NCBI GenBank assembly: GCA_052327205.1
Contig: CM126223.1
Span: 12,462,001 to 12,526,000 of the forward strand
DNA length: 64,000 nucleotides
From: Somniosus microcephalus
Taxonomy: Eukaryota
Reading direction: 5' to 3'
This document shows positions 48,571-59,790 of this stretch, one piece after another; the first letter of the stretch is position 1; each line of letters starts with the position of its first letter. The notes beneath the pieces are model-generated. The model did no database searches. It was not told the DNA's origin and saw only the letters and a program-made list of their open reading frames with translations. The position numbers and the translations under genes are program-made.

Positions 48571-48951
48571 CATAGAAACATAGAAGATAGGAGCAGGAGT
48601 AGGCCATTCGGCCCTTCGAGCCTGCTCCGCCATTCAACGAGATCATGGCTGATCATCCAAACCCTAACACCCGGTCCCTACACCGACAGCCATCCCACCC
48701 AAGCCCTATCCCCGTAACCCCGTAACCCCACGTATTTAATCCCCCTAACACTAAGGGCCAATTTTTTATCATGGCCAATCAACCTAACCCGCACATCTTT
48801 GGACTGTGGGAGGAAACCGGAGCACCCGGAGAAAACCCACGCAAACACGGGGAGAATGTGCAAACTCCACACAGTCACCCGAGGCCGGATTTGAACCCGG
48901 GTCCCTGGCGCTGTGAGGCAACAGTGCTAACCACTATGCCACCATGCTGCC
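48571..48951 (-). mobile_element. Chimeric SINE: HE1 head and V core with a young CR1 (CTATGTTT)n tail
   Basis: 48662-48951 is HE1-like; 48571-48661 matches the CR1 ends at 14645, 39077 and 57080; sits as one block in the LTR. Confidence 0.8.
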
Positions 48952-49070
48952 ACAACACAACAATTCCTCCCCTTTTAGATAAACAGTACATAACATTCAT
49001 TTAACAACTAAATAATAACTAATTACAATTACAATTACGGTTGCTAGATACATTGGTTGAAGTTAAGCAA

Positions 49071-50812
49071 TTATAAGTTCAGTCTTTGAGGAGGCTTCCT
49101 GATTCTGTCTGGATAACGCCTCTTTGGGATATCAGGTTCTTCTGGCAAGGTTGAGTCGGGATCAATGTTGTTGTTTGGTTCGTCTGCTTCCAATATCACC
49201 GATTCGGCGGTAGATGCAATTGGTACTTCGGTTTCATCGCCAGGTGTATCAGATCGTGGTGTGGAGTTGACGTTTTCCAGTGACTCTAGAATCTGGTCAG
49301 CATGGCGTCTTACAATGCTCTCTCTAACGTCCACGGTATACATTAGAGGTCCTTGCCGTGTACAGATCGTTCCTGGCTGCCATTTCTCTGTGCGGTAGTC
49401 CCGGGCCAAAACTGGTTGACCTATCTTAAAACTCCTGGTCGGCCTTTCATTCATATTCTGAAACTGCCTGTTCTCCACATCTCTTCTGACGTTTGGCTTA
49501 ACCAAATCCAAGCGGCATCATAGTCTTCGATTGAAGAACATCATGGCTGGAGTTTGGTTGGTAACCGCATGTGTCGCATTCCGGTAGGCAAACAAGAAGT
49601 TATCCACCTTGTGTTGTAGGGGTATATCTTCATTACACATTGCCTTGATAGCCTTCTTGAATGTTTGAACAAACCTCTCGGCCAATCCATTAGTGGCTAG
49701 ATGATATGGGGTGGATGTGTAATGCTTAACACCATTGTTCTTTAAGAACCTCCGGAACTCTTCAGACACAAACTGTGATCCATTGTCAGAGCAAATCTGT
49801 TCAGGCAGCCCATTCCTGGCGAATATGGTTCGTAAGACTGTGATAGTTTTTTCTGTGGTGGTTGAGGACATTTTTATTACCTCTGGCCACTTTGAATGTG
49901 CATCCACCGCAATTAAAAACATCGAGTCCATAAAGGGACCAGCAAAATCAATGTGCACCCTTTGCCATGGAGATGAGGGCCACTCCCATGGATGTAGAGG
50001 GGCTTGTGGTGGGGCGTTTTGGACCTTCTGGCATCCTGTGCAGCTCTTGGTCATCTCTTCGATTTCTGTATTGATTCCCGGCCACCACACAAACGCTCTG
50101 GCTAAGTTCTTCATTTTTACCCCTCCCAGATGACCCTCATGAAGCTCATTGAGCACTCTATCCTTCAATTTGGGTGGAATTACTACTCTGGATCCACACA
50201 TCAAGGTTCCTCTGCACACTGACAGCTGTTCTCTTCTCGGCGAGAATGCTGGCAGCAGTGGTTCGCCATGTGCTGGCCATCCCTTCACCATTAAATCATA
50301 GACCCAGGAGAGTGTCGGGTCATTTCGTGTTTCCTTTTCTATGTTTGCATTCATCACAGGGAGACATTCGACTATAGTCGAGTGGAATAACTCCACTGGA
50401 TCCGCTGCCAGTTCTTCTTCCACCGTCGGCAATGGTAGGTGCAACAATCCATCAGCATTCCCATGCTGTTTAGTTCCTTTGTACTCGATGTCATATTGGT
50501 GTGCCCCTAGGAAAAGGGACCACCTCTGTAGCCGTTGTGCCGTCATTATCGGTACGCCCTTCTGAGGGTTGAAAATGGAGACGAGAGGTTGATGATCAGT
50601 CAGTAGAGTAAATTTCTGACCGTGCAGGTAGTGATTGAACTTCTTCACCCCCCACACCAGGCTGAGGGCCTCTCTGTCAATCTGGGCGTAGTTATGCTCG
50701 GCTGAAGTTAACGAACGTGACGCAAAAGCTATCGGCCTCTCTGAACCATCAAGGAATTTATGTGACAGTACCGCCCCAATGCCGTAGGGAGACGCATCAC
50801 ACGCCAGTCTTT
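49071..50812 (-). pseudogene. pol: RNaseH C-terminus plus integrase, one in-frame TGA at 49518-49520
   Basis: LACDASPYG, LHEGHLG..C..C, VHIDFAGP, SDNGSQF, NGLAERFV, RYPDRIRKPPQRL. Confidence 0.93.
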
Positions 50813-52142
50813 GGCATCTTGAAAATCTAAGATGGCGCCTCCCACGCTTTTCCTTCGTCCCCGATGGATCAAAATGGCGCCTCCCGCGCTTTGCCTTCTT
50901 CCCCGCCGAGTTAAGATGGCACCTCCCGCGCTTTCCCGCCGCTGCCGCTGCTGCCAATGCTGTTGCTGGCGATTATATTTATTTTACTATCCTGTAATGG
51001 CGACGCCCTATGGTCTTCGCGCCTCCCCGATTGCTGCTGCCAACACCGCTCTCCGTGGTATTTTTATTTTTCTATCGCGCTTCAATATTTGCTCCGTTAA
51101 TTGAAGAACCGTTCCCGTCGTGGAGCGGACCCTCTGGGACACTTCCCTCCCTCTTCTTAGGTCTGAACGCTGCCCGGCTTCGAAGCACCGGCCGCGCCCT
51201 GTGTGCTCCACCCTCTTTCTCTCTCTTTGCTTCCCGACTCGCTTCCCAGCCCCGTTGCAGAGCCACCCGATCGAGCTCTAGCCCGCCGCAGCCCAGGAAG
51301 GATCAGTGCACTACCTGCCACCAGCCCGATTAGCTGGGAAACCACAGACTGGAGAACCAAGCCTGGCTCTCGACAGGCTCTCCTGCAACTTTTCAATTCG
51401 ATGATTTGGAGGGCGGTTGCCCACGGTCGACGCCCGTTTCTCAAGTTTCTTTGAATTAATTTTTTTTGTTTTTTTCTTTCTTCTGGCTTCGACCTTCAAT
51501 AACGTCGTCTGAGGTGCTGCCGAGTTGCAGGTAAGTTCGTTTCTTACTCGTCGCCAGTATTATGTCCGTGTATAATTGAGACACGGACTGCAGGAGTTGA
51601 TTATAACAAGTCTTTACTGAATGGAGACAACCTGGAAACTGAAAACTGCAGAAGCCTGCTAGGGCCTTTTATACAGGGGTGGTCACTGCCGGTACTGCAG
51701 TCTGAGACCAGTTATTCCCTTAAAGGTACATACACAACAGTAACCTTTCTCAGAAATGCCTTCTCCTGTGCTGGGAGCTGGGAGCTGGGAGCTGGGAGTG
51801 CCAGGCTGCACCTTGTATTATTGGGTGGGGTTTGTTGCCCACTGCTTGTTCTGGTGATTCCCTGGTTCCTCCCAATTGGTTGCACTCAATCAGAACAAGT
51901 ACCTCTCCTCTTTACTTTGTCTGCACTCACTACCTTTGCTGATGTTATGATGACCTGGGTCACTCCCTATTGCTCCCCTCAGCGGTATGACAAGTGAATG
52001 AGAAGAAGGAGAACGAGTGACCAGTATCCACAGCTAGAGGGATGAGAGGTTCTTTTTTTGGGTAGGGCTTGAACTCAAAGTGTTTGACAACTACTGAATT
52101 TGATAATTCTTAGTGATCTACTCAGTACTCTACTGGAGCAAT

Positions 52143-52570
52143 AGCTGTGGCTAAGTGGGCAGCACCCTTGCCTCTGAGTCAGAAGGTTGTGGGTTCAAGT
52201 CCCACTCCAGAGACTTGAGCATAAAATCTAGGCTGACACTCCAGTGCAGTGCTGAGGGAGTGCTGCCCTGTCAGAGGTGTTGTCATTCGGATGAGACGCT
52301 AAACCGAGGCCCTGTCTGCCCTCTCAGGTGGATGTAAAAGATCGCAGAATGTTATTTCAAAGAAGAGCAGGGGAGGTTATCCCCGGTGTCCTGGCCAATT
52401 TATCCCTCAACCAACATCACTAAAACAGATTATCTGGTCATTATCACATTGCTGTTTGTGGGATCTTGCTGTGTGCAAATTGGCTGCTGTGTTTCCTACA
52501 TTACAACAGTGACTACACTTAATTGGCTGTATTGGTCATGAAAGGCGCTATAGAAATGCAAGTCTTTCTT
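52143..52570 (+). mobile_element. Deu-domain SINE, full length
   Basis: Head, core and tail all present. Confidence 0.88.
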
Positions 52571-53179
52571 TATTTCCTTTTTTTATTGAGTTAAGATGCA
52601 GGCCTATGCATTCCTTTCTCAATGCCTCAAAAATCACTTTCAGAAATGGCAGGTTAATGGAAAACATGAGAAAATGAAACCAAAAATTGCCAGGTTAAAG
52701 AAAATGTGACACGTCCCAGCTGTGCCCTCTTCAAGAGGAAGTAAAAGCAGATCTCGAGCAACATGAAAGAGCTAAAGCTTTTAATAGGGTTCTATGGTCG
52801 ATCAGTTGACCTGGTGTCAGTCCCAGACGCCCATCTCCACGGCAACAGCCTCCGCTCCTGCCCAGCGCACCTGTTTGTTCTCCAGGCCTTTGTCACCCCT
52901 TCCAAATCTGCTGGAGAACAGGTGTGGGTTTGTATTTTAAGCACTCGGACTCCCGCTAGTACTCTGCAGAGCAGTGCTATTGTCGGGGGAAGCAGCTCTC
53001 ACACTGAGCAGGACTTCAGAAGAGCTTAGGAGATCTTGAAAAGGTTTCTTTTTGGAGGGAGCCTGTTTGATCTGTTTAAAAAAATCATTTACATTTCTTT
53101 TTTGCCCTGCGGTTAGACAAATGAATCTGTCCCGATAGAGTCCCGGGTGAAGTAGTTAACTAACAGCTTTTAAAAAGAA

Positions 53180-53610
53180 CAAGAACAATCTTGTATTTAT
53201 ATAGCGCCTTATCACCTCTCAGAACCACCCCGATGAATTACTTTGAAGCGCTGGGCCTGTCATTAAGTAAGTGAATGCAGCAGCCATTTTGCACACAGCA
53301 AGATCTCACAATTAGCTGTGAGCCATAGACTAGCCAATCTATTCTTTCGGTTCTGTTGCTTGAAAGAGTGTTAATCAGGATTTCAGGAGAACTCCCTTCT
53401 CCTCTTCCATTAGTGCCTTGGGATTTTGAAATGTCCACTTGAGGGGGCAGACGGAGCCCTCGGGCTAACATTTCATCCAAAATACGGCACCTCTGACAGT
53501 GCTGCACTCTCTCGGTACTGCACTGGCGTGTCAGCCTGGATGATGTGCTCAAGACCTGGACAGGGAACGCACTCCCTGCGGTTCTGTAATGTAGCAGTGA
53601 CATTATCCAC
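53180..53610 (-). mobile_element. Diverged Deu-domain SINE
   Basis: Reverse complement of the same family. Confidence 0.7.
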
Positions 53611-53919
53611 TCACGTGACATCAGCTTCCATATTTGTGCAAAGTGAATATTGGCACTACTGTGTCAGCCAATGAGTTGGAGGCGGGGGTGGGACCTGTGG
53701 TTTTAATTTACAGAGTCTCCGAACTCATGACCGCAACTACAGCAAACAGAGTCTCCCGACTACAGCAGGATTATTTCGCCAGCAAAATTCAGTGAGTGGA
53801 GGCTAGTTACAGAATACTAATTATGTGCATAAACTCAATCCCAGTTATTTATAGCAGTGATTGATGAGGGAATTAACCAATCCCCTCCATTCTGTCCGCG
53901 AATTGTGGTGTCACTCTGT

Positions 53920-54350
53920 GCAGCCATAGTTATGTGAGTCAGAAAGTCGTGGGTTCAAGTCCCACTCCAGAGACTCGGAGAACATAATATGGCCGACACC
54001 CCAGTGCAGTACTGAGGGAGTGCTGCTCTGTCAAAGTGCCGTCTATCGGATGAGACATTAAAATGAGGCCCCGTCTTCCCTCTCGGTAGACGTAAAAGAT
54101 CCCATGGTACTATTCGAAGAAGAGCAGGAAATTCTCCCTGGTGTCCTTGCCAATAATTATCAGAACCAACACCTAAAAACAGATGATCTGGTCATTATCT
54201 TATTGCTGTTTGTGGGAGCTTGCTGTGCACAATTTAGCTTCTGTGTTTCCTACATTACAACAGTGGTGATACTTCAAAAGTACTTCATTGGCTGTAAAGC
54301 ACTTTGGGATGCCCTGAGGGGTGAAAGGTGCTATAGAAATGCAAACCTTT
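53920..54350 (+). mobile_element. Deu-domain SINE
   Basis: Head, core and tail. Confidence 0.85.
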
Positions 54351-54374
54351 CTTTTTTTCTTTGTAACACTGGTT

Positions 54375-55050
54375 AGTTTTACCTCTCCAGACCAGCCTTA
54401 AATCCTTAACTGTTGCTGGTTGACATGGATGAGCCAGGATTTTGCCCAGCTCAACACTGGCAAGACTGCAGCCATCCTGTTCAGTTCTTCCCAGAAATTC
54501 CAAACCTTTGCCTTTTGATTCCATTGCCCCCTCCCCAGCAGTGTCCTCAGGCTGGACCTGACGGGGCACCGTCTCAATGTCCTGCTCTACCTCGAGTTGA
54601 GTTTGAGCCCACGTTTATCAGCAAGACCGCCTATTCCCACCGTTGCACTATCCCCTGCCTCCCTCACTACCTCACCCCACCATCACTCAAACCCTCAGCC
54701 TCACCATTGCCAATTCTAGTCTTGACCTTTCCAATGCCCTCCTAGCCAACACCTCAAGCTCCACTCGATATAAGTCACCCGGTACTTTGCTGCTAATCCC
54801 CCATTATGCCCCACGCGCCAATCACCCCAATCCTCGCAGCTCGCCACTTTCTCCCCGCCCCCCAGTGCATTGATTTCAAAATCGTTGTCCTCATTTACAA
54901 GTCCCTCCAAGTCCTCGCCCCACCCTACCTCCGACCCTTTACCCGAGCCCACACCCTCCACTCCTCTGAGTCTGGGTTACTGTGTGTCCTCTCCACCCTC
55001 CCCTCCACTATCTGTGACAATGTTCAGCCATCATGGCCCCACACTCTGCA
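54375..55050 (+). mobile_element. L2 LINE RT 3' remnant
   Basis: HAPITPILAARHFLPAPQCIDFKIVVLIYKSLQVLAPPYL resembles the L2 HITP.L..LHWLP..RI.FK motif. Confidence 0.75.
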
Positions 55051-56003
55051 ACTTTATTTTTAGGTAAGGGTACCAAGGGGTATGGAGCTAAGGTGAGTAA
55101 ATGGAGTTCAGCCATGATGTAATTGAATGCTGGAGCAGGCTTGAGGGGCTGAATGGCCACCTCCTGTTCCTAACTTTCTCCCTAACTCTCTCTATCTTGC
55201 CATGTCTTTCCCCATCTTCAGAAGCCTCCTCAGAACCGTATCCTTGGTTACCTCCTGTGACTCTTCTCCCGATTCTCTGCTTGGTGCCTGTGGAGCACCT
55301 TGGAGCATTTTGCGATGTTAAAGGTGCTTTATACGTGTGAGCTACAAGTGTCGCATCAGTCAGATTGGCTGTTACAATGACATTGACATGTGCCTCCCCT
55401 ATGACCCCTTTTAGTACAAAACTTGAGTAATCACCACAAACATCTGGAAACTGGATCAATGTAAATTTCCGATGATATAAGATGCGATCAGGAAACTGCA
55501 CACAACAAGACACTGCTGAGCTCAAAGACTGTGGGAATTGACGGCACAAAGCATAACTGGTGGAGCATTGAGGTTTTGACTGGAAAAGAATCGGACCTTA
55601 CCTGTACGGTTGGATTGAATGACTGACACTTCCTATCGAGTGTGCGACGCCGACTGAAGATAAAACGGTGTTTCAGTTGGTTCAGCTCCCATGAAAATGG
55701 AAAGAAAATCAATGACCTCCCTTGCCCTCCCTTAACCATCGGCCCAATAATTTGATACCTTATGGATGTTGCACAGTCCCAGTGTATACTCCCAAACTAA
55801 TGTGTGGAAAGAACTCCATCAAACATGGGCGCTGTTCCTGCTGTATTGTATATGGAGTTAATGCCATTCCTCTTTAATCCATCACCCCAGTTCCCAGATG
55901 GCACAGAGAGGTGAGACCATTTAATGTCCTGCAATGAGCTGAGTATAATTTACACATTTATTAACGCACCTTATTCTGGTTAATTGCATCATACGCGGCT
56001 TTC

Positions 56004-56611
56004 ACAGCAGAGCAAGAATCAGGCACTCCAATGCAGTACTGAGGGAGCGCTGCACTGTCGGAGGGGCAGTACTGAGGGAGCGCCGCACTGTTGGAGGGGC
56101 AGTACTGAGGGAGCGCTGCACTGCCGGAGGGCCAGTACTGAGGGAGCGCTGCACTGTCGGAGGGGCGGTACTGAGGGAGCGCTGCACTGTCGGAGGGGCA
56201 GTACTGAGGGAGCGCCGCACTGTCGAAGGGGCAGTGCTGAGGGAGCGCTGCACTATCGAAGGGGCAGTGCTGAGGGAGCGCTGCACTGTTGGAGGGGCAG
56301 TACTGAGGGAGCGCTGCACTGTCGGACAGTGCAGCGCTCCCTCAGTACTGCCCCTGCGACATTGCGGCGCTCCGTCAGTACTGTCTCTCTGACAGTGCAG
56401 CGCTCCCTCAGTACTGCCCCTGTGATAATGCGGTGCTCCCTCAGTACAGCCCATCTGACAGTGTGGCACTCCCTCAGTACTGCCCCTCCGACAGTGCAGC
56501 GCTTCCTCAGTACTGTCCCTGCGATAATGCGGCACTCCGTCAGTACTGCCCATCTGACAGTGCTGCACTCCCTCAGTACGGCACTGGAGTGGCTGATTCT
56601 TGCTCTGCTGT
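56004..56611. repeat. Foldback inverted repeat built from a 33-bp SINE-derived tandem unit
   Basis: ~9 direct units GCAGTACTGAGGGAGCGCTGCACTGTCGGAGGG, then ~8 inverted units; centre at 56324; outer flanks also inverted. Confidence 0.93.
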
Positions 56612-57079
56612 TGGGGGTACTTGTGCTAACAAGGGGCCACTTGGTTATGCGACTGATTTCTCAGAATAAGAACATACCTGTTTTTGAGCATAATAAAACA
56701 GAGCTTTTCAGGAGAGCAAAAATAACAGCGATGCAGTGGACAGACAGGTGTGTTCGACAGAACAGGCGTATCTGCACAACCCTTACAATGACTGCTTCAC
56801 TTGGGACGAGGTGAAGGGGATACTCCATCAGCGAAAGGTAGTTCCTCAGAATAGATTCACAACCAACATTCACTGAACAAAAGATTATCTGGTCATGCAT
56901 CTCATTGCTGTTTGTGGGAGCTTGCTGTGTGCAATTTGGCCTCTACATATGTGAAGAACAAATAGGGCACTATGGTCACAGTCACATAGGATGTCATTTG
57001 AAGAAGAATGGGAGATTGCTCCCGGTGTCCGTCCCCAATATTTATCCCTCAACCAACACCTGCAAAAAAACAGATTAAA

Positions 57080-57677
57080 GAAACATAGAAACATAGAAGA
57101 TAGGAGCAGGAGTAGGCCATTCGGCCCCTCGAGCCTGCTCCGCCATTCAATGCGATCATGGCTGATCATCCAAATTCAGTACCCTGTCCCTGCTTTCTCC
57201 CCATATCCCTTGATCCCTTTAGCCTTAAGAAATATATCTAACTCCTTCTTGAATATATTTAATGAATTGGCCTCCACTGCCTTCTGTGGCAGAGAATTCC
57301 ACAGGTTCACCACTCTCTGGGTGAAGAAATTCCTCCTCATTTCTATCCTAAATGGCTTACCCCTTATCCTTAGAATGTGACCCCTGGTTCTGGACTCCCC
57401 GACCATCGGGAACATCCTTCCTGCATCCAGTCTGTCTAGTCCTGCCAGAATTTTATAAGTTTCAATGAGATCCCCTCTCATTCTTCTAAACTCCAGCGAG
57501 TACAAGCCCAATCGTCCCAATCTCTCCTCATACGTCATTCCTGCCATCCCAGGTATCAGCCTGGTGAATCTTCGCTGAACTCCTTCCATGGCAAGAACAT
57601 CCTTCCTCAGATAAGGCGACCAAAACTGCACACAATACTCAAAGTGTGGTCGCACCAAGGCCCTGTACAACTGCAGC
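57080..57677 (-). mobile_element. Young CR1 3' fragment
   Basis: 164-aa open RT C-terminus; (CTATGTTT)n-type tail. Confidence 0.93.
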
Positions 57678-58174
57678 CATGTATCTCAATGCAGTTTGTG
57701 GGATCTTGCTGTGTGCAAATCGGGTGATGCATTTCCCGACATTACAACAGTGACTACTCTTCAAAAGTCCGTCATTGGCTGTAAAGTGCTCTGGGCCGTC
57801 CTGAGGTTGTGGGAGGCGCTATAGAAATGTAAGCCCTTTCCTTTAGGATGCAATCTGTTTCATGCTAGTTAGCTGCCACCTTTTAGAACTCTATTCTCAT
57901 AAAAATATGAGTTGCGTTGAGCAAAGTCCCAATGGCGACTGGCCAGCTGTACTGAGAGTCACATTTCCCCTTTGGCACAGTCCGCCCAGCTAGCCTGCGT
58001 CGGTACAAAATGGGATCTTACTGGGGTCTCTGGAGGACCCGCCCCGAAACCTGTCTCTCGGGGCATTTGATGACTACCCCTTCTCCTCAAATTGTGTGCA
58101 ATATCACTGCCCACTTTCAGCTGTCAGTAATGACCCTGAGGGGAGTTGTTGAATAAAAATATTATAAAGGCATT

Positions 58175-58563
58175 TTTTTTTTATTCAGTGGATGTGGGTG
58201 TCTCTGGCAAGGCCAGTGTTTATTGCCCATCCCTCATTGTGGTGGTGGTGGTGAGCCATCTTCTATGAATACAACTGAGTGGCTTGCTGGGCCATTTCAG
58301 GAGAGTCAACCACTCATTGCTGTGGGTCTAGTCACATGTAGGCCAGACTAGGTAAGGATGGTAGATTTTCATCCCTAAAGGACAATAGCACAACAATCCA
58401 GAACTTTCATGGTCACCATTGCTAATACTAGCTTTTTATTTTTAATGAATGAATTTAAATTCCCTAGCTGCCATGGTGGGATTTAAACTCATGCGCTGCT
58501 GGTGATCATTAGTCCAGAGCTCAGGATTACAAATCCAGTAATATAACCACAATGCTACCACAA
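58175..58563 (-). mobile_element. tRNA-derived SINE with a tail from the CR1-like family
   Basis: Minus-strand head GGTAGCATTGTGGTTATATTACTGG...GAGTTTAAATCCCACC; tail matches the 3' UTRs at 44340-44420 and 45112-45200. Confidence 0.6.
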
Positions 58564-59220
58564 CCCCTTTTTGGCCAGCACAATCTCGTTCCCAGTGGAA
58601 TAAACCCACATCATAAAGCTGCCCGTAGTTTGACACTGATTAGCAATTTCACTCACAGGCTGTCACAACAACAGCTTGCTGTACAGCACCTTCACCTTGT
58701 CCCAAGGTGTACAATCAGACAGCAATTGGCACTGAGCCAATGAAAGGGAATATTAGAGGGAGCGACTAAAATATTGGTCAAAGATGGTGGGTTTTAAAGA
58801 GGGTCTAAAAGGAGGAGAGCGATGTGGTGAGGTTTAGCTGGAGGATTCCAGCACTTAATTAAATATTGGGAAATGGAGAAATGGAGTGGAAAGGTATAAA
58901 ATTTGGATTGGATACAGAAACGGGTGCAGGGATAGCGATGTGTGATTGGCGTGCGCCCATCGAGAGGAATGCCGGTAGCACGCGACCTTCGTGCTGCCTG
59001 CTAATTACAATGATTGCAGTGTTCAGCCCAGCGCTGAACTCACTGCTGAGTGGCTGAACGCTCAGCAGGGGGGCCAAGTTCGTGCGAGGCCAGCACCAAT
59101 TAAAGCTAGCCTCCACTTCTTAAAGGCAGTCTGCACCTCTTAAAGGGGAGGTGCATTCTGCCTGCAGCAGCTGCTGGAACTGGTTGTGGAGGCAAGTATG
59201 ACTGATTAATTGCTCAATAA

Positions 59221-59361
59221 GCCAGAGAAAGGGCTCCAAGCTTCTTGGATGCAGCACTAGAGACCTTAGTGCAGGGAGTGGAAAGGAGGAGACAGGTAGT
59301 CTATCCGCAAGGGGCCAGGAGGCCCTCCAGACACACACTGCAAAGGCAGTGGGAGCAGACC
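59221..59361 (+). pseudogene. Harbinger Myb/SANT-like DNA-binding protein, N-terminal remnant
   Basis: ARERAPSFLDAALETLVQGVERRRQVVYPQGARRPSRHTLQRQWEQ. Confidence 0.7.
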
Positions 59362-59379
59362 TCTGTTTAGAGAGAAGAC

Positions 59380-59790
59380 AATGCCCTAGCGTACAGAGCC
59401 TCTGTGACCTCCTGGATGCAGCGACGGATGGCAAACCGTGAGACGTTTGCTATGTCGCCTGTTGCAGCCTGGAAGGATCAGCTACCAAAATAGTTCAGGA
59501 CCATGGTCACCTTGAGGGCCACTGGCAGCGCCATCGTCACCCTGCTCTGAGGCAGCAGGTCTGATTGCAAGAGGTGGCAGAGGTTCTGTGACCACCTCCT
59601 TGGTGAAGCGGAGCCGCCGAACACGCTGCCCCTGGCTTAGGTGCAGGTAGGAGAAGTGCTTCCTGAAGACCCTAAGACTCCTGAGAGCCCTCCTCCCCCT
59701 CATCCCTCTGCGAGCAGCTTGTCTTTGCCGCCTCTGCTCCATCTCCTTGTCATGCTGCAGTGCGAGGGGGACTGCAACCAAAGTCCCCAT
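59380..59790 (-). pseudogene. HARBI1-like transposase, N-terminal remnant
   Basis: RVFRKHFSYLHLS..RRLRFTKEVVTE (frameshift) LCHLLQSDL...ALPVALKVTMVLNYFGS*SFQAATGDIANVSRFAIRRCIQEVTEALYAR. Confidence 0.8.

Larger units (their letters stand above)
48400..51739 (-). mobile_element. Young internally deleted Gypsy element (gag/PR/RT missing; RNaseH C-terminus and integrase retained)
   Basis: 182-bp LTRs (48400-48962 with a SINE insert; 51558-51739) differing at 2 positions; TSD GTAAC; PBS TGGCGACGAG (51556-51547); PPT near 48964-48976. Confidence 0.95.

Noticed and set aside
51770-51798. (GCTGGGA)4 G4-like motif next to the LTR
   Set aside because: Short simple repeat outside the TSD; no evidence of a link to the element.
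52866-52926. pre-miRNA-like hairpin
   Set aside because: Only two 8-bp stems with a 4-nt bulge and a long loop; no miRNA recognised.
55984-56814. 276-aa and 188-aa repetitive ORFs (STEGALHCRRG)n
   Set aside because: Translation of the 33-bp SINE-derived repeat; no coding evidence.
59380-59790. Domesticated HARBI1 host gene
   Set aside because: Frameshift, stop and truncation within a transposon context.
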